Made by a program: the position numbers and the translations under genes. Below are positions 1 through 9,347 of a stretch of 64,000 nucleotides of DNA, one piece after another; the first letter of the stretch is position 1, and the number at the start of each line of letters is the position of its first letter. The notes beneath the pieces were generated by a model. It saw only the letters and a list, made by a program, of their open reading frames with translations. It was not told where the DNA came from and made no database searches. Source of the DNA: an uncultured Actinomycetes bacterium (GTDB lineage Bacteria > Actinomycetota > UBA4738 > HRBIN12). The stretch is taken from contig CAWFKP010000005.1 in NCBI GenBank assembly GCA_963816425.1, positions 23,693-87,692 on the forward strand. The letters run 5' to 3'.

Positions 1-416
1 GGGTCGAGTACGTGCACGCGGATCTCTACGACTGGGAGCCGCCCGCGGGCCAGCGGTTCGATCTGATCTTCTTCGCGTTCCTCGTGTCGCACATCCTGCC
101 CGAGCGATTCGAGGAGTTCTGGGACCGGCTCGCGGGATGGCTCGCACCCGGTGGCACCGTGTTCTTCTGCGACGACGTCGCCGGCGTCGATGCGCGCCGA
201 TCGGATCCCGGAGAGCCCGTCGACGACGGGCCGGCGTTCGCGCATCGTCGTCGCCTGCAGGACGGGCGTGAGTACACGATCGTGAAGATCCTGTACGACC
301 CGGCCGAGCTCCGCGACCGACTCGCGGCGCTCGGTTGGCAGGCGGACATCGACACGACGGGCGAGGAGTTCTTCCACGCGGTCGCCCGCCGCGCCGCGGT
401 GGCGCCCGGGGCCTGA
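1..416 (+). CDS. class I SAM-dependent methyltransferase, C-terminal part (5' end lies outside the window)
   Basis: The frame of ORF 12..416 stays open back to base 1 (VEYVHADLYDW...). The segments FDLIFFAFLVSHI and GGTVFFCDD resemble the central motifs of Rossmann-fold methyltransferases. Confidence 0.6.
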   Translation, partial: VEYVHADLYDWEPPAGQRFDLIFFAFLVSHILPERFEEFWDRLAGWLAPGGTVFFCDDVAGVDARRSDPGEPVDDGPAFAHRRRLQDGREYTIVKILYDPAELRDRLAALGWQADIDTTGEEFFHAVARRAAVAPGA

Positions 417-428
417 CCGCCGTCAGGG

Positions 429-2258
429 TCAGCGGAGCTGCACGCCGAGCTCGGCGGCGAGACCCTTCTGGGCGCGGGCGATCACCTTGAAGGCCTCCTT
501 GAGGGTGAGCCGCGTCACCGGCCCGAGCTCCGCCGGGTCGACGAAGTCATCCGGCGGTTCGCCGGCGCGGAAGCGATCGACCTGGTGCTGCAGCCGGATC
601 CCCCAGAGGAACCGGAACGCCTCTTCGAGCTCGTCCCGCGTCTCCGTGTCGAGGGCGCCGGCGTCGGCCGCGGCGCGCAGCCTGCCGATCGTCCGCTTCT
701 CGGTGAGCCCCGCCCCGATCGAGGCCGCACGCGCGAAGTTGCCCACGATCGCGACGCCCTTGTGCTTGATGTCGAGCCGGCCGGCGTGCTGGCCCTTCGA
801 CTCCACGACCAGATCCTTGAGGAACCCGGTCGGCGGTTTCTGGTCGAGCGCCCGGCGCGACAGGTGATGCAGGAAGTTCGGGAACAGCCGGCACGAGCGG
901 AGCAAGACGTCGAGCGGTCCTTCGGCGTCGAGCGGTCCCATCACGCGGCGGTAGTCGAAGATGATCGAGAGCAGGACGCTGCCCTCCGCGCCCGGATCGG
1001 TCATCCACCCCTTGTACGCATCGGTCCATCCCTCGATGGACTTCCGGAGCGCGCTGTTCGCGGCCATCGCGTCGCCGTCGCAGCGGGGGATGCCGGCGTC
1101 CTCGAGGCCCGCGGTCACGAACGTCGCGAGGTCCGCGAAGTACGGGTCCACGTCCTCGCGGGTTCGACCCTGCAGGTCATAGGCCAGTGCGTGATCCTGG
1201 TCGGTGTGCAGTGCCTGCTCCTGTCTGGCCGCGCTGCCGAGCGCGAGCCAGGCCCATGGAACGGGCGGCGTGCCGAAACGCTCGATCCCGAGGCCGATCA
1301 GCCGTCGTGTGAGCGCATCGATCGTGAACCCGATGATGTGGCCGACCTCGACGGGATCCATCTTCGCGTCGACCAGCGAGCACACGGCGTCGGGCAGTCC
1401 TCGCGCGGCCGCGACCGCGGCGTCACGGTCGGCCGCTCGTTCGATCGAGCTCTTCAGGGCGAACGGCGCGTGCTTCCCGAGACCGAGCAGGTCGCCGTCG
1501 GTCACGACGCCGATCGGCGCGCCGTCTGCGTCGAGGACCGGCGCGTGATGGAAGCCGCCGTCGAGCATGAGCAGGAGCGCCTCGCCCGCCATCGCCTCCT
1601 CGCTGACGGCCGTCGCGGGCACGGTCATCACCTCGCCGATCGGTGTCTCGAGGCTCCGGTGCTCGGCGAGCACCTTCGTGCGAAGGTCCCGGTCGGTCAG
1701 GATGCCCAGCCCCTCGTCCCCGGGAACGAGCAGCGCCGACACGTGCTCGGACGTCATCAGCTCGGCCGCATCGGCGACGGTGGTGCCCGGGGGACACGTG
1801 ATCGCCGGCCGCCGGATGAGTGAGCCGACCGGGCGGTAATCGTCGGATCCCGCCGCGGCGCCGCCGCCACCGGTCAGACGACGTCGAAGCGATGACATCG
1901 CGAACCGCATGCCGCTGGCGGTGCCGAGGACCTGCTGCGCATCCTCGGGGCCGAGGAGATAGCAGGTCGCGTCCTCGTGGGCTCGGACCGTCGCGGTCGG
2001 GCTGAACCCGCCGAGCAGCGACCATGCCCCGAACACCTCACCCTGGCCCATCAGGTCGACGAGCTCTCCGTCATCGAGGATCTCGACGGATCCCTCCCGG
2101 ACGACATAGAGGAACCTCGAGGGTTCGCCGGACTGGTGCAGCACCGTCGTGCCGGCCGGATATTGCTCGGTCTTCATCCGCGCGGCGAGCTCGTCGAGCC
2201 GATCCGGACCCAGCGCGTCGAACGGCGGATGCCGCGCCAGGAAGGCGGCGATGTCCAT
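429..2258 (-). CDS. signalling protein: cNMP-binding domain + tandem CBS + DUF294-type putative nucleotidyltransferase
   Basis: 609-aa ORF. It has an N-terminal cNMP-binding-like segment (FLYVVREGSVEILDDGELVD), two CBS-like segments (LTDRDLRTKV, VVTDGDLLGL), an HTDQDHAL nucleotidyltransferase-like motif and a helical C-terminal tail. Confidence 0.8.
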   Translation of the reverse strand: MDIAAFLARHPPFDALGPDRLDELAARMKTEQYPAGTTVLHQSGEPSRFLYVVREGSVEILDDGELVDLMGQGEVFGAWSLLGGFSPTATVRAHEDATCYLLGPEDAQQVLGTASGMRFAMSSLRRRLTGGGGAAAGSDDYRPVGSLIRRPAITCPPGTTVADAAELMTSEHVSALLVPGDEGLGILTDRDLRTKVLAEHRSLETPIGEVMTVPATAVSEEAMAGEALLLMLDGGFHHAPVLDADGAPIGVVTDGDLLGLGKHAPFALKSSIERAADRDAAVAAARGLPDAVCSLVDAKMDPVEVGHIIGFTIDALTRRLIGLGIERFGTPPVPWAWLALGSAARQEQALHTDQDHALAYDLQGRTREDVDPYFADLATFVTAGLEDAGIPRCDGDAMAANSALRKSIEGWTDAYKGWMTDPGAEGSVLLSIIFDYRRVMGPLDAEGPLDVLLRSCRLFPNFLHHLSRRALDQKPPTGFLKDLVVESKGQHAGRLDIKHKGVAIVGNFARAASIGAGLTEKRTIGRLRAAADAGALDTETRDELEEAFRFLWGIRLQHQVDRFRAGEPPDDFVDPAELGPVTRLTLKEAFKVIARAQKGLAAELGVQLR

Positions 2259-2378
2259 CCGCGCAGCCTACGCGAGCGTTCGCCTCCTGGGAAACGAGGT
2301 GGCATGCGGCGACGCTCTCCTCGTTCGCGCCATCGTGCATAGGGTGTAGGCACAGACAGAACCGGGGAGGGTGCGGCC

Positions 2379-2993
2379 GTGGCATTCCGTGGCTGGCGGG
2401 TGGAGGCGCTCGAGTTCTTCGAAGGGCTCGAGGCCGACAATTCCAAGGCGTATTGGCAGGCGAACAAGGCCGTCTACGAGCGCGAGGTGCGCGCGCCGAT
2501 GGAGGAGTTGCTCGCCGAGCTCCAGCCGGACTTCGGCGACGGCAAGATCTTCCGGCCCTACCGCGACGTGCGGTTCAGCGCCGACAAGTCTCCCTACAAG
2601 ACCAACATCGCCGCGACGATCGGCGGCCGCTACGTGCAGCTGACCGCCGACGCGTTCGGCGTGGGCTGCGGCCGATGGGAGATGACCTCGGAGGATCTGG
2701 AGCGCTACCGCGAGGCGGTCGACGAGGACCGAACCGGCGCGGAGCTCACGAAGCTGGTCGCGGCCGCGGGCAAGGCCGGGCTCGAGATCTCCGGACACGA
2801 GGTGCTCAAGACCGCCCCACGGGGCTACCCGAAGGACCACCCTCGGATCGAGCTCCTTCGCTACAAGGGCCTGATCGCCTGGCGCGAGTGGCCGGTCGGC
2901 GCGTGGCTCGGAACCAAACGGGCGAAGGATCGCGTGATCGCGTTCTTCGAGTCGTCCGAGCCGCTCGATGCCTGGCTGACGCGGAACGTGTGA
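2379..2993 (+). CDS. DUF2461 (TIGR02453-like) family protein
   Basis: 204-aa ORF with a GTG start. FRGW..EALEFFEGLEADNSKAYWQANKAVYE and RPYRDVRFSADKSPYKT are typical of this family. Confidence 0.75.
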   Translation: MAFRGWRVEALEFFEGLEADNSKAYWQANKAVYEREVRAPMEELLAELQPDFGDGKIFRPYRDVRFSADKSPYKTNIAATIGGRYVQLTADAFGVGCGRWEMTSEDLERYREAVDEDRTGAELTKLVAAAGKAGLEISGHEVLKTAPRGYPKDHPRIELLRYKGLIAWREWPVGAWLGTKRAKDRVIAFFESSEPLDAWLTRNV

Positions 2994-3014
2994 CCGACGG
3001 AGGGAGTAACCACG

Positions 3015-3962
3015 ATGCAAGCACTTGCGATCGATGCGTTCGGAGAGCCCGCGACGGTACGCGACCTGCCGATGCCCGAGCCGGAGGAGGGACAGTTGCG
3101 GCTCCGCGTTGCGGCGGCCGGCCTGAATCCATTCGATGTCTCCGTGCTCCAGGGCAATCTGCAGGGAATGATGGAGCACCGGTTCCCACTGATCCCCGGG
3201 ATGGACGCGGCGGGAACGGTGGACGCGCTCGGCGCCGGGGTGGACGGCTATGCGATCGGTGAGCGAACGTTCGGTTCCGTCGGCAAGCCCTTGCTCGGCG
3301 CCGGAACGGTCGCGGAGTTCGTCACCGTCTCGGCGAGCACGGTGACCCACACGCCGGGGTCCGTGGACGACGACGCGGCCGCGGCGCTCCCCACCGCCGG
3401 GGTCACGGCGCTGGTCATGGCCGATGCGCTCGGGCTCGTGGACGGGCGGACCGTCGTCGTCATCGGGGCGACCGGCGGGGTGGGCGGCTACTTCATCCAA
3501 GTGGCGGTGCATCGTGGGGCGTCGGTCGTGGCGGTGTGTCGGGGCGAGAACGCGGCGTACGCGCGTTCGCTCGGCGCCGCCGACGTGATCGATTACACGG
3601 CGGAAGACGTGGTCGACGGTGTGCGTTCGCGCCATCCGGAAGGGATCCACGCCATCGCGGACATGCACGGCGACGCCGAGCAGCTGACGCAGCTGTCGGC
3701 CTTCGTCCGGGCAGGCGGGCACGTCACCTCGGCGGTGGGCGCGGCAGACGTGGAGGCGCTCGCGGCGCGGGAGATCGAGGGGACGAACGTGATGGGTTTG
3801 GTCACGACCGATCGGCTCGAGACGCTCCTGGGTCTGGTCGCCTCTGGCGATCTCGTCGCGCCCGAGATCCACCGCTATCCGCTGGCCGGCGCGGCCGAGG
3901 CGCTGGCCGTCGTCGGCTCGGGCCACGTCCGAGGGAAGATCGTGGTGCAGGTCGGATCCTGA
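3015..3962 (+). CDS. zinc-independent MDR-family NAD(P)H:quinone oxidoreductase-like protein
   Basis: 315-aa ORF. The N terminus reads MQALAIDAFGEP..LRLRVAAAGLNPFD, the GxGxxG-like region reads VVIGATGGVGGYFIQVA, and the C-terminal HVRGKIVV is typical of Qor-like MDRs. Confidence 0.8.
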   Translation: MQALAIDAFGEPATVRDLPMPEPEEGQLRLRVAAAGLNPFDVSVLQGNLQGMMEHRFPLIPGMDAAGTVDALGAGVDGYAIGERTFGSVGKPLLGAGTVAEFVTVSASTVTHTPGSVDDDAAAALPTAGVTALVMADALGLVDGRTVVVIGATGGVGGYFIQVAVHRGASVVAVCRGENAAYARSLGAADVIDYTAEDVVDGVRSRHPEGIHAIADMHGDAEQLTQLSAFVRAGGHVTSAVGAADVEALAAREIEGTNVMGLVTTDRLETLLGLVASGDLVAPEIHRYPLAGAAEALAVVGSGHVRGKIVVQVGS

Positions 3963-3964
3963 CA

Positions 3965-4347
3965 TGGTTCGTCGTGCCGATCGGGAGCCACGGCGTATTC
4001 CTCGATGCTGGGCGTTCCTCCCGCACCTGGATCAGGACGTGTACCCCGCGCAGACGCTCGCCGCCGAGATCTACCTCGACAGCGGCGTGCGCACGATGAA
4101 ACGCGGCAATGTGTCGAGCGGGCGCCGACCCGGCGAGCGGGGGAGAACACGGCGGCCCAGGCTGCGCAGCTCGTACGGATCACGCTACCGCGACGGGTCT
4201 ACACGCAGGCGCAGATGGATGTCACCGCCGAGAGCATCGTCGAGGTGTTCCAGCGCCGCGAGGCGATCAGCCGGTCTGCGGATGGTCTACGAGCCTGCGC
4301 AGCTGCGGTTCTTCCAGGCGCGGTTCGAGCCGCTGACGGCGTCGTAG
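3965..4347 (+). pseudogene. remnant of a tryptophanase / tyrosine phenol-lyase (beta-eliminating lyase) gene: only the last ~125 codons, spread over three frames
   Basis: The pieces PIGSHGVFLDAG (frame 2), FLPHLDQDVYPAQTLAAEIYLDSGVRTM (frame 1), LVRITLPRRVYTQAQMDVTAESIVEVFQRREAI (frame 3) and GLRMVYEPAQLRFFQARFEPL-stop (frame 1) follow the order of the TnaA/TPL C terminus. The N-terminal two thirds are absent: the preceding gene stops at 3962. Confidence 0.7.
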
Positions 4348-4404
4348 GGTCCTCGGAGAGGCGCGCACCGGGATGAAGGGCCACCGAGTTCAGAGGAGGG
4401 AGCC

Positions 4405-4801
4405 ATGCTTGGCTGGGTCGGCAACATCGAGCAGATGACGCTCGACAACACCACGTTCCGCACGGTCGTGTTCACGGGAGCGCACACACAGCTCACGATG
4501 ATGCGTCTGGCGCCGGGGGAGGATATCGGGCGCGAGGTGCACCCGGACCGTGACCAGTTCCTCCGGTTGGAAGCAGGGCACCGTGCGGGTTGAGCTCGGA
4601 GGCAGTGAGGAAGCGATCGAGGAGACGCACGACGTCGCCGCGGACTGGGCCTTCATCGTGCCAGCCGGCGTGTGGCACAACGTGGTCAACACGGGCGACA
4701 ACGAAGTGAAGCTGTACTCGCTGTATTCGCCGCCGGAGCATCCGGACGGGACGATCCACCGCACGAAGCGTGACGCGGAGGAAGCGGAACACGGCGCCTG
4801 A
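4405..4801 (+). CDS. cupin-domain protein, frame broken once (about 4560-4585)
   Basis: ORFs 4405..4593 and 4550..4801 join as ...HPDRDQFLRLE/QGTVRVELGG...WAFIVPAGVWHNVVNTGDNEVKLYSLYSPPEHP, a cupin motif-1/motif-2 pattern, if one base is removed. Confidence 0.65.
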
Positions 4802-5018
4802 CGCCGCCGCGGTATCGTGAGCGCGTGACGGTCGAGGGGGTCGCGATGCGGCGGAGATGAACCTCCGATGAAGGGCGCCCGGTCGGGTGCCCACACGCAC
4901 GCATCGCGCCGAGCCCTCGCGCGGAACCGTGACCGACTGAACATTTCGTCGGGCACGCCGTCCCCGCGAGGAGCCTCCACGCGATACGCCTGTATCCGAC
5001 CCTGGAGGAGAAGAACGC

Positions 5019-6134
5019 ATGATGTCCCTCGATGATCGACTCGCGAAGCCGACCGAGATCGCACAGCAGTACGCGGCCGAGGTCGACCGCGACGGGCGGT
5101 TCCCGGAGGAGACGGTCGCCGCACTCGCCGACGCCGGTCTCTTCGGGCTGACCGTCGAGGAGGCCGCGGGTGGCCTCGGTCACGGGCCGAGCGAGTTCCT
5201 GACCACGACACGACGCATCGCGAGCGCCGATCCGTCGGCCGCGATGATCTACCTGATGCACACCTGCGCGGTGCAGGTGTCGATCGCCGGGGGAGCGCCG
5301 GCGGACACGATCGCCGCGATGGGCGGCGCGCACCTGTCGACCCTCGCCTTCAGCGAGCGGGGCACGCGCTCCCATTTCTGGGCGCCGACCTCGCAGGTGC
5401 AGGGTTCGGACGGCGACGCCCGACTCTCGGCGACGAAGTCGTGGGTCACGAGCGCCGGACACGCGAACAGCTACGTCGTCTCGACGAGGCCCGCCGACGC
5501 GGCGTCGCCGATCGAGTCCTCCCTCTACCTGGTGCCGAGCGACGCGCCGGGGATCGAAGCCACCGGTCCGTGGATCGGGTTGGGGCTGCGAGGCAACGCG
5601 AGCGCGCCGATGTCGTTCGAGACCCCATTGTCCGAGGCGGCTCCGCTCGGCGAAGGCGGGAAGGGCCTGGATCTGATGCTCGGTGTGGTCCTGCCGTGGT
5701 TCCAACTGGGTCAGGGCGCCGTCTCGCTCGGCATCGCCGAGGGCGCACTCGGCGCGGCAGTGGCCCACGTGACCGGCGCCCGGCTCGAGCACCTCGACCA
5801 GACGCTGGCCGACCTCCCGACGGTACGGGCCAGGATCGGGCGCGCGCAGACCGAGGTCGACGGCGTCGCCGGCTTCCTGGCCGACCTCGCTCGTCGGATG
5901 GCCGAGGGTGACGCGACCGCTCCCGTGCTGTCCGCCAAGGCGGTCGCCAACGAGATGGCGATCCGGGTCACATCCGAGGCCATGCAGGCGTGCGGCGGCG
6001 CGGCCATGAGCCCGTCGCTGCCGATCGAGCGATTCTTCCGCGACGCACGGGCGGGCTCGGTCATGGCGCCGACCACCGACGTCCTCTACGAGCTGACCGG
6101 CCGCGCGATGGCCGGGATGCCGTTGCTGGGGTGA
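5019..6134 (+). CDS. acyl-CoA dehydrogenase-family flavoprotein
   Basis: 371-aa ORF. It has an ACAD-like N terminus (AAEVDRDGRFPEETVAALADAGLFGL), a middle beta domain (GSDGDARLSATKSWVTSAGHA) and a C-terminal helical domain (RFFRDARAGSVMAPT). Confidence 0.8.
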   Translation: MMSLDDRLAKPTEIAQQYAAEVDRDGRFPEETVAALADAGLFGLTVEEAAGGLGHGPSEFLTTTRRIASADPSAAMIYLMHTCAVQVSIAGGAPADTIAAMGGAHLSTLAFSERGTRSHFWAPTSQVQGSDGDARLSATKSWVTSAGHANSYVVSTRPADAASPIESSLYLVPSDAPGIEATGPWIGLGLRGNASAPMSFETPLSEAAPLGEGGKGLDLMLGVVLPWFQLGQGAVSLGIAEGALGAAVAHVTGARLEHLDQTLADLPTVRARIGRAQTEVDGVAGFLADLARRMAEGDATAPVLSAKAVANEMAIRVTSEAMQACGGAAMSPSLPIERFFRDARAGSVMAPTTDVLYELTGRAMAGMPLLG

Positions 6135-6139
6135 GCGCG

Positions 6140-6955
6140 ATGACCGAAGGATTGATGGTCGGCGCGGTCGCCTACGACCCCAAGGTGGTGCCGATCTGGG
6201 AAGGCATCCGCGAGTATTTCCGTGGGGCGCCGGTCGAGATGGATTTCGTGCTGTTCTCCAACTACGAGGCACAGGTCGAGGCGCTGCTCGCCGGGAAGAT
6301 CGACGTCGCCTGGAACACGAACCTCGCGTACGTGCGCGTGCATCACGCCACGGCGGGCGAGTGCCGGGTGCTCGCGATGCGCGATACCGACGTCCAGTTC
6401 TTCACGTTGCTCGTGGGCCGGCCCGGCGACCTCGCCTCGATGGAGGGCCTGCGAGGCAAGACCCTGGCGGTCGGGAGCGCGGATTCGGCGCAGGCGACGA
6501 TCATGCCGATCCACTACCTCACGCGCGAGGGTCTCGTGCCCCGCGTCGATGTCCAGCTGGTGCGCTGCGACTCCGATGTCGGCAAGCACGGCGACACGGG
6601 CCGCAGCGAGCGCGAGGCCCTCGAGGCGGTGCTCGACGGACGAGCCGACGCCGCCGCCGTGGGGGCCGCCAGCTGGGACGTCTTGGTCCGCGCCGGCGAG
6701 GTGCCGCCCGGCGAGGTGGAGCCGTTCTGGACCTCCCCGGCGTACTCGCACTGCAACTTCACCGCGATGCCGACGCTGGATCGACAGGCCGCGGACGCCT
6801 GGACCGCCCATCTGCGAGCGATGGACTGGACGAACCCGGACCATCGGCGGATCCTCGAGCTCGAGGGGCTCCGCGAGTGGGTCGGTCCGAAGCTCGACGG
6901 GTATCGCGACCTGTTCGCAGCCGTCGAGGAGCAGGGGATCTCGCTGGCGTGGTGA
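6140..6955 (+). CDS. PhnD/SsuA-like periplasmic-binding-protein-fold protein with no signal peptide (predicted cytosolic)
   Basis: An ATG at 6140 lies in frame within ORF 5990..6955, 5 nt after the ACAD stop. FSNYEAQVEALLAGKIDVAWNTNLAYV and LVGRPGD..GLRGKTLAVGSADSAQATIMP resemble phosphonate/sulfonate-type SBPs. There is no hydrophobic leader. Confidence 0.65.
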   Translation: MTEGLMVGAVAYDPKVVPIWEGIREYFRGAPVEMDFVLFSNYEAQVEALLAGKIDVAWNTNLAYVRVHHATAGECRVLAMRDTDVQFFTLLVGRPGDLASMEGLRGKTLAVGSADSAQATIMPIHYLTREGLVPRVDVQLVRCDSDVGKHGDTGRSEREALEAVLDGRADAAAVGAASWDVLVRAGEVPPGEVEPFWTSPAYSHCNFTAMPTLDRQAADAWTAHLRAMDWTNPDHRRILELEGLREWVGPKLDGYRDLFAAVEEQGISLAW

Positions 6956-8212
6956 CCGGGTCCGAGCCCGCCGCGATCTTCGACGCCGAGGATCTCGATC
7001 TCGCCGGCGGCCTGGCGTTCGTGTTGGACGTGTTGCTGTCCGACGTCGGCGTCGGCGACACGATCGAGATCCACAGCAGGAACGCGGGGCTCGTCCACGA
7101 GTTGCCGGGGTGGGCGCGGGGCACCGGCAACGTCCTGGTCGCGCGCGAGCCCGAGGGCGACGGCGCGATCTATCGCATCCGCCGCGGGGAGCGCGCCGCG
7201 CTGCTGTTCCGCGACCGGCCCGAGCTCGGCGTCGCGGTGCCCGATCGTCGCGACGGATTCGGCACCCGCGACTGGCTCCTCGGGACGGCGGCCGCGATCC
7301 CGGACCGCGCGGACCCGGCCACCGGCTTCGCGCCCCGCGGGCGCGGAGGTGGAGCCCGGCGCTCCGCGCTTCCCGTTCACGCTCACCGAGCGCGACCGCG
7401 TGTGGGCGACCAACGTCGCATCGCTCTACGACCAGGCGACCGCGCAGCAGTGGGACGCGAGCACGGACATCCGGTGGGACGTGTTGCCCGACCTGCCGAA
7501 CCACCTGGAGCGGGCCGTCGCGCAGGTGATGACCCACCTCGCGGAGAACGAGTACGCGGCGCTGTACGTGCCCGCTCGATTCATCCCGAAGATCCATCCG
7601 CACTTCACCGAGGTCGTGCTGTTCCTGTCCACGCAGATCGCCGACGAGGCCCGACACATCGAGGCGTTCACGAAGCGGGCGCTGGCCGGCGGCGCGGGGC
7701 TCGGACGATCGGCGGCGATCACCCAGGAGTCATTGAAGTCGCTGCTCGCGCAGGAGGATTTCTCCCAGGCGTCGTTCCTGTTGTCCGTCCTCGGCGAGGG
7801 CGCTTTCCTGGACTATCTCTCGTTCGTGGAGCGATACGCGCCGGACCCCGTGACCGCCGACATCGTCCGTCGGGCTCGGATCGACGAAGCGCGCCACGTC
7901 GCGTTCGGCGTGGAGCACGCTCGGCACTATCTGGCGGGGGACCCCGACCGCGCCGACGAGTTCCGGGGCGCCGTCGAGCAGCGGGCGGCCTTCCTGTCGC
8001 AGACGGCCGGCGCGACACCGCATGTGGAGGAGGCCCTGGTCGTGCTTGCCGCCGGGGGCCTGCGGCCCGGCGCGCTTCCGGACGCGGTGCGGGCCGTTCG
8101 CGGGTTGCACGAGACGATGCACCGCCGCCGCGTGGGACGTTTGCGATCGCTCGGGTTCGACGAGGCGACCGCGGACGAAATCTCTGCACTGCATACTGCG
8201 AACTTCATGTGA
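6952..8212 (+). CDS. TusA-fold-like domain (no CPxP cysteine) followed by a ferritin-like di-iron domain. It is one gene if a base near 7340-7349 is removed; otherwise two overlapping ORFs.
   Basis: The GTG at 6952 overlaps the upstream stop (GTGA). Frame 1 encodes FDAEDLDLAGGLAFVLDVLL..GDTIEIHSRNAGLVHELPGWARGTGNVLVAREPEGDGAIYRIRRG (TusA-like topology) but has no stop until 8352. Frame 2 (7349..8212) carries two E..H motifs (ADEARHIEAF, IDEARHVAFG). Confidence 0.6.
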
Positions 8213-8225
8213 CCGGCGATCCCGT

Positions 8226-8738
8226 TCAGTTCTCCGTGGGTGCCTCGTTCGCAACATCGGGAGAAGGAGCGGTGATGTTGTGGGAGGTGCTCTCGCGCGA
8301 TTCGAGGCCGACGGCGTCACGCAGTTCCCGGACGTCATGCATCAGATCGTGATCACGGTCTCGATCCGACGTGTGCTCCATCAGATCGGCGATCCCGTCC
8401 GCGATTGCATTCAGCTTGTGTTGCAGGGCCTGGTTCTCGCGCGTCTGGCTGTTCTGCAGCAGCGCGACCATGAGGAACGTGATGATCGTCGTAGTGGTGT
8501 TGATCTCCAACTGGTACGTCGCGTCGAGGAATGTGCTGAACGAGCGGGTGACGACCACAACCACCGCGCCCTGGATCAGCCAGATCGTGACCAGCAACAG
8601 GCAGAACGCGAAGAACGGCGCGCGGCTTGCGAGGCCGGCGGCCCACCCAGCGAACCGGTCGAAGAACCCGATCTCGTCGGATACCTGGCTCGGCATCTCC
8701 GGCGGCCTCGACGGCCTCGGGTTCCGTTTCGACGACAT
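8226..8738 (-). CDS. low-affinity iron permease family (PF04120-like) membrane protein
   Basis: 170-aa ORF. FDRFAGWAAGLASRAPFFAF and YQLEINTTTTIITFLMVALLQNSQTRENQALQHKLNAI match the family signature as I remember it. Confidence 0.75.
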   Translation of the reverse strand: MSSKRNPRPSRPPEMPSQVSDEIGFFDRFAGWAAGLASRAPFFAFCLLLVTIWLIQGAVVVVVTRSFSTFLDATYQLEINTTTTIITFLMVALLQNSQTRENQALQHKLNAIADGIADLMEHTSDRDRDHDLMHDVRELRDAVGLESRESTSHNITAPSPDVANEAPTEN

Positions 8739-9074
8739 GGGCCGCTAGCTGCGAACCCCGCGTCGCCGGACGGCAGCAAGAAGCAGTAGGGAGAACACGG
8801 TGCGTCTCCTACCCAAACGGAACGCGTCCTACTCCCGCGCCGCCGCGACGACGTTGTGCTCAGCGATTGGCCACGATCAGCGCGCTCCGATCGCTCCCTC
8901 CCAAGGGCTCGCCCGACGCCGCAGCCACGCCGCTTGCACGGCCTGACCGAACCGCCCGCCTGGTTCGTTGGATGATCGTCGTTGCGGACACACCTTAGGC
9001 TGTTGCCTGTGGGCTCCGTCCCGACGGGAACACGATCGCGTGGCCCCGGGTTGGTGTGCGTTGAAGGAGGGTGC

Positions 9075-9317
9075 ATGGACGACGAGACGGTGATCGAGCG
9101 GATCAACGGGCTGGCGGCCGAGGAGCACCAGCTCTGGGAGCGCGAGGCCCGCGGCGAGGCCAGCGCCGCCGAGCGCGAGCGCGCCAAGGAGCTCGAGGTC
9201 ATGCTCGACCAGTGCTGGGATCTGCTCCATCAGCGACGCGCCCGGCGCGCCGCCGGCTTGGACCCGGACGACGCGGAGGTCCGCGACGCCGCCGAGGTCG
9301 AGGGATATCTCGGCTGA
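9075..9317 (+). CDS. DUF2630 family protein
   Basis: An ATG at 9075 is preceded by GAAGGAGG. MDDETVIERINGLAAEEHQLWERE...LDQCWDLLHQRRARRAAGLDPDDA..VEGYL is the characteristic pattern. Confidence 0.75.
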   Translation: MDDETVIERINGLAAEEHQLWEREARGEASAAERERAKELEVMLDQCWDLLHQRRARRAAGLDPDDAEVRDAAEVEGYLG

Positions 9318-9347
9318 CGTGTCGGCTCGATCGGGGAGGGGGACGGG

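Noticed and set aside
2024-3965. ORFs 2024..3262 (+) and 2268..3965 (-), 412 and 565 aa
   Set aside because: They overlap the well-supported DUF2461 and quinone-oxidoreductase genes in other frames or on the other strand. They have Arg/Pro-rich composition and no recognisable motifs.
6361-8352. 663-aa frame-1 ORF spanning the PBP, TusA-like and ferritin-like genes
   Set aside because: Only its 6952 to ~7345 segment (TusA-like) reads like protein. Before that it shadows the PBP gene, and after ~7345 it shadows the ferritin-like frame, which carries the ExxH motifs.
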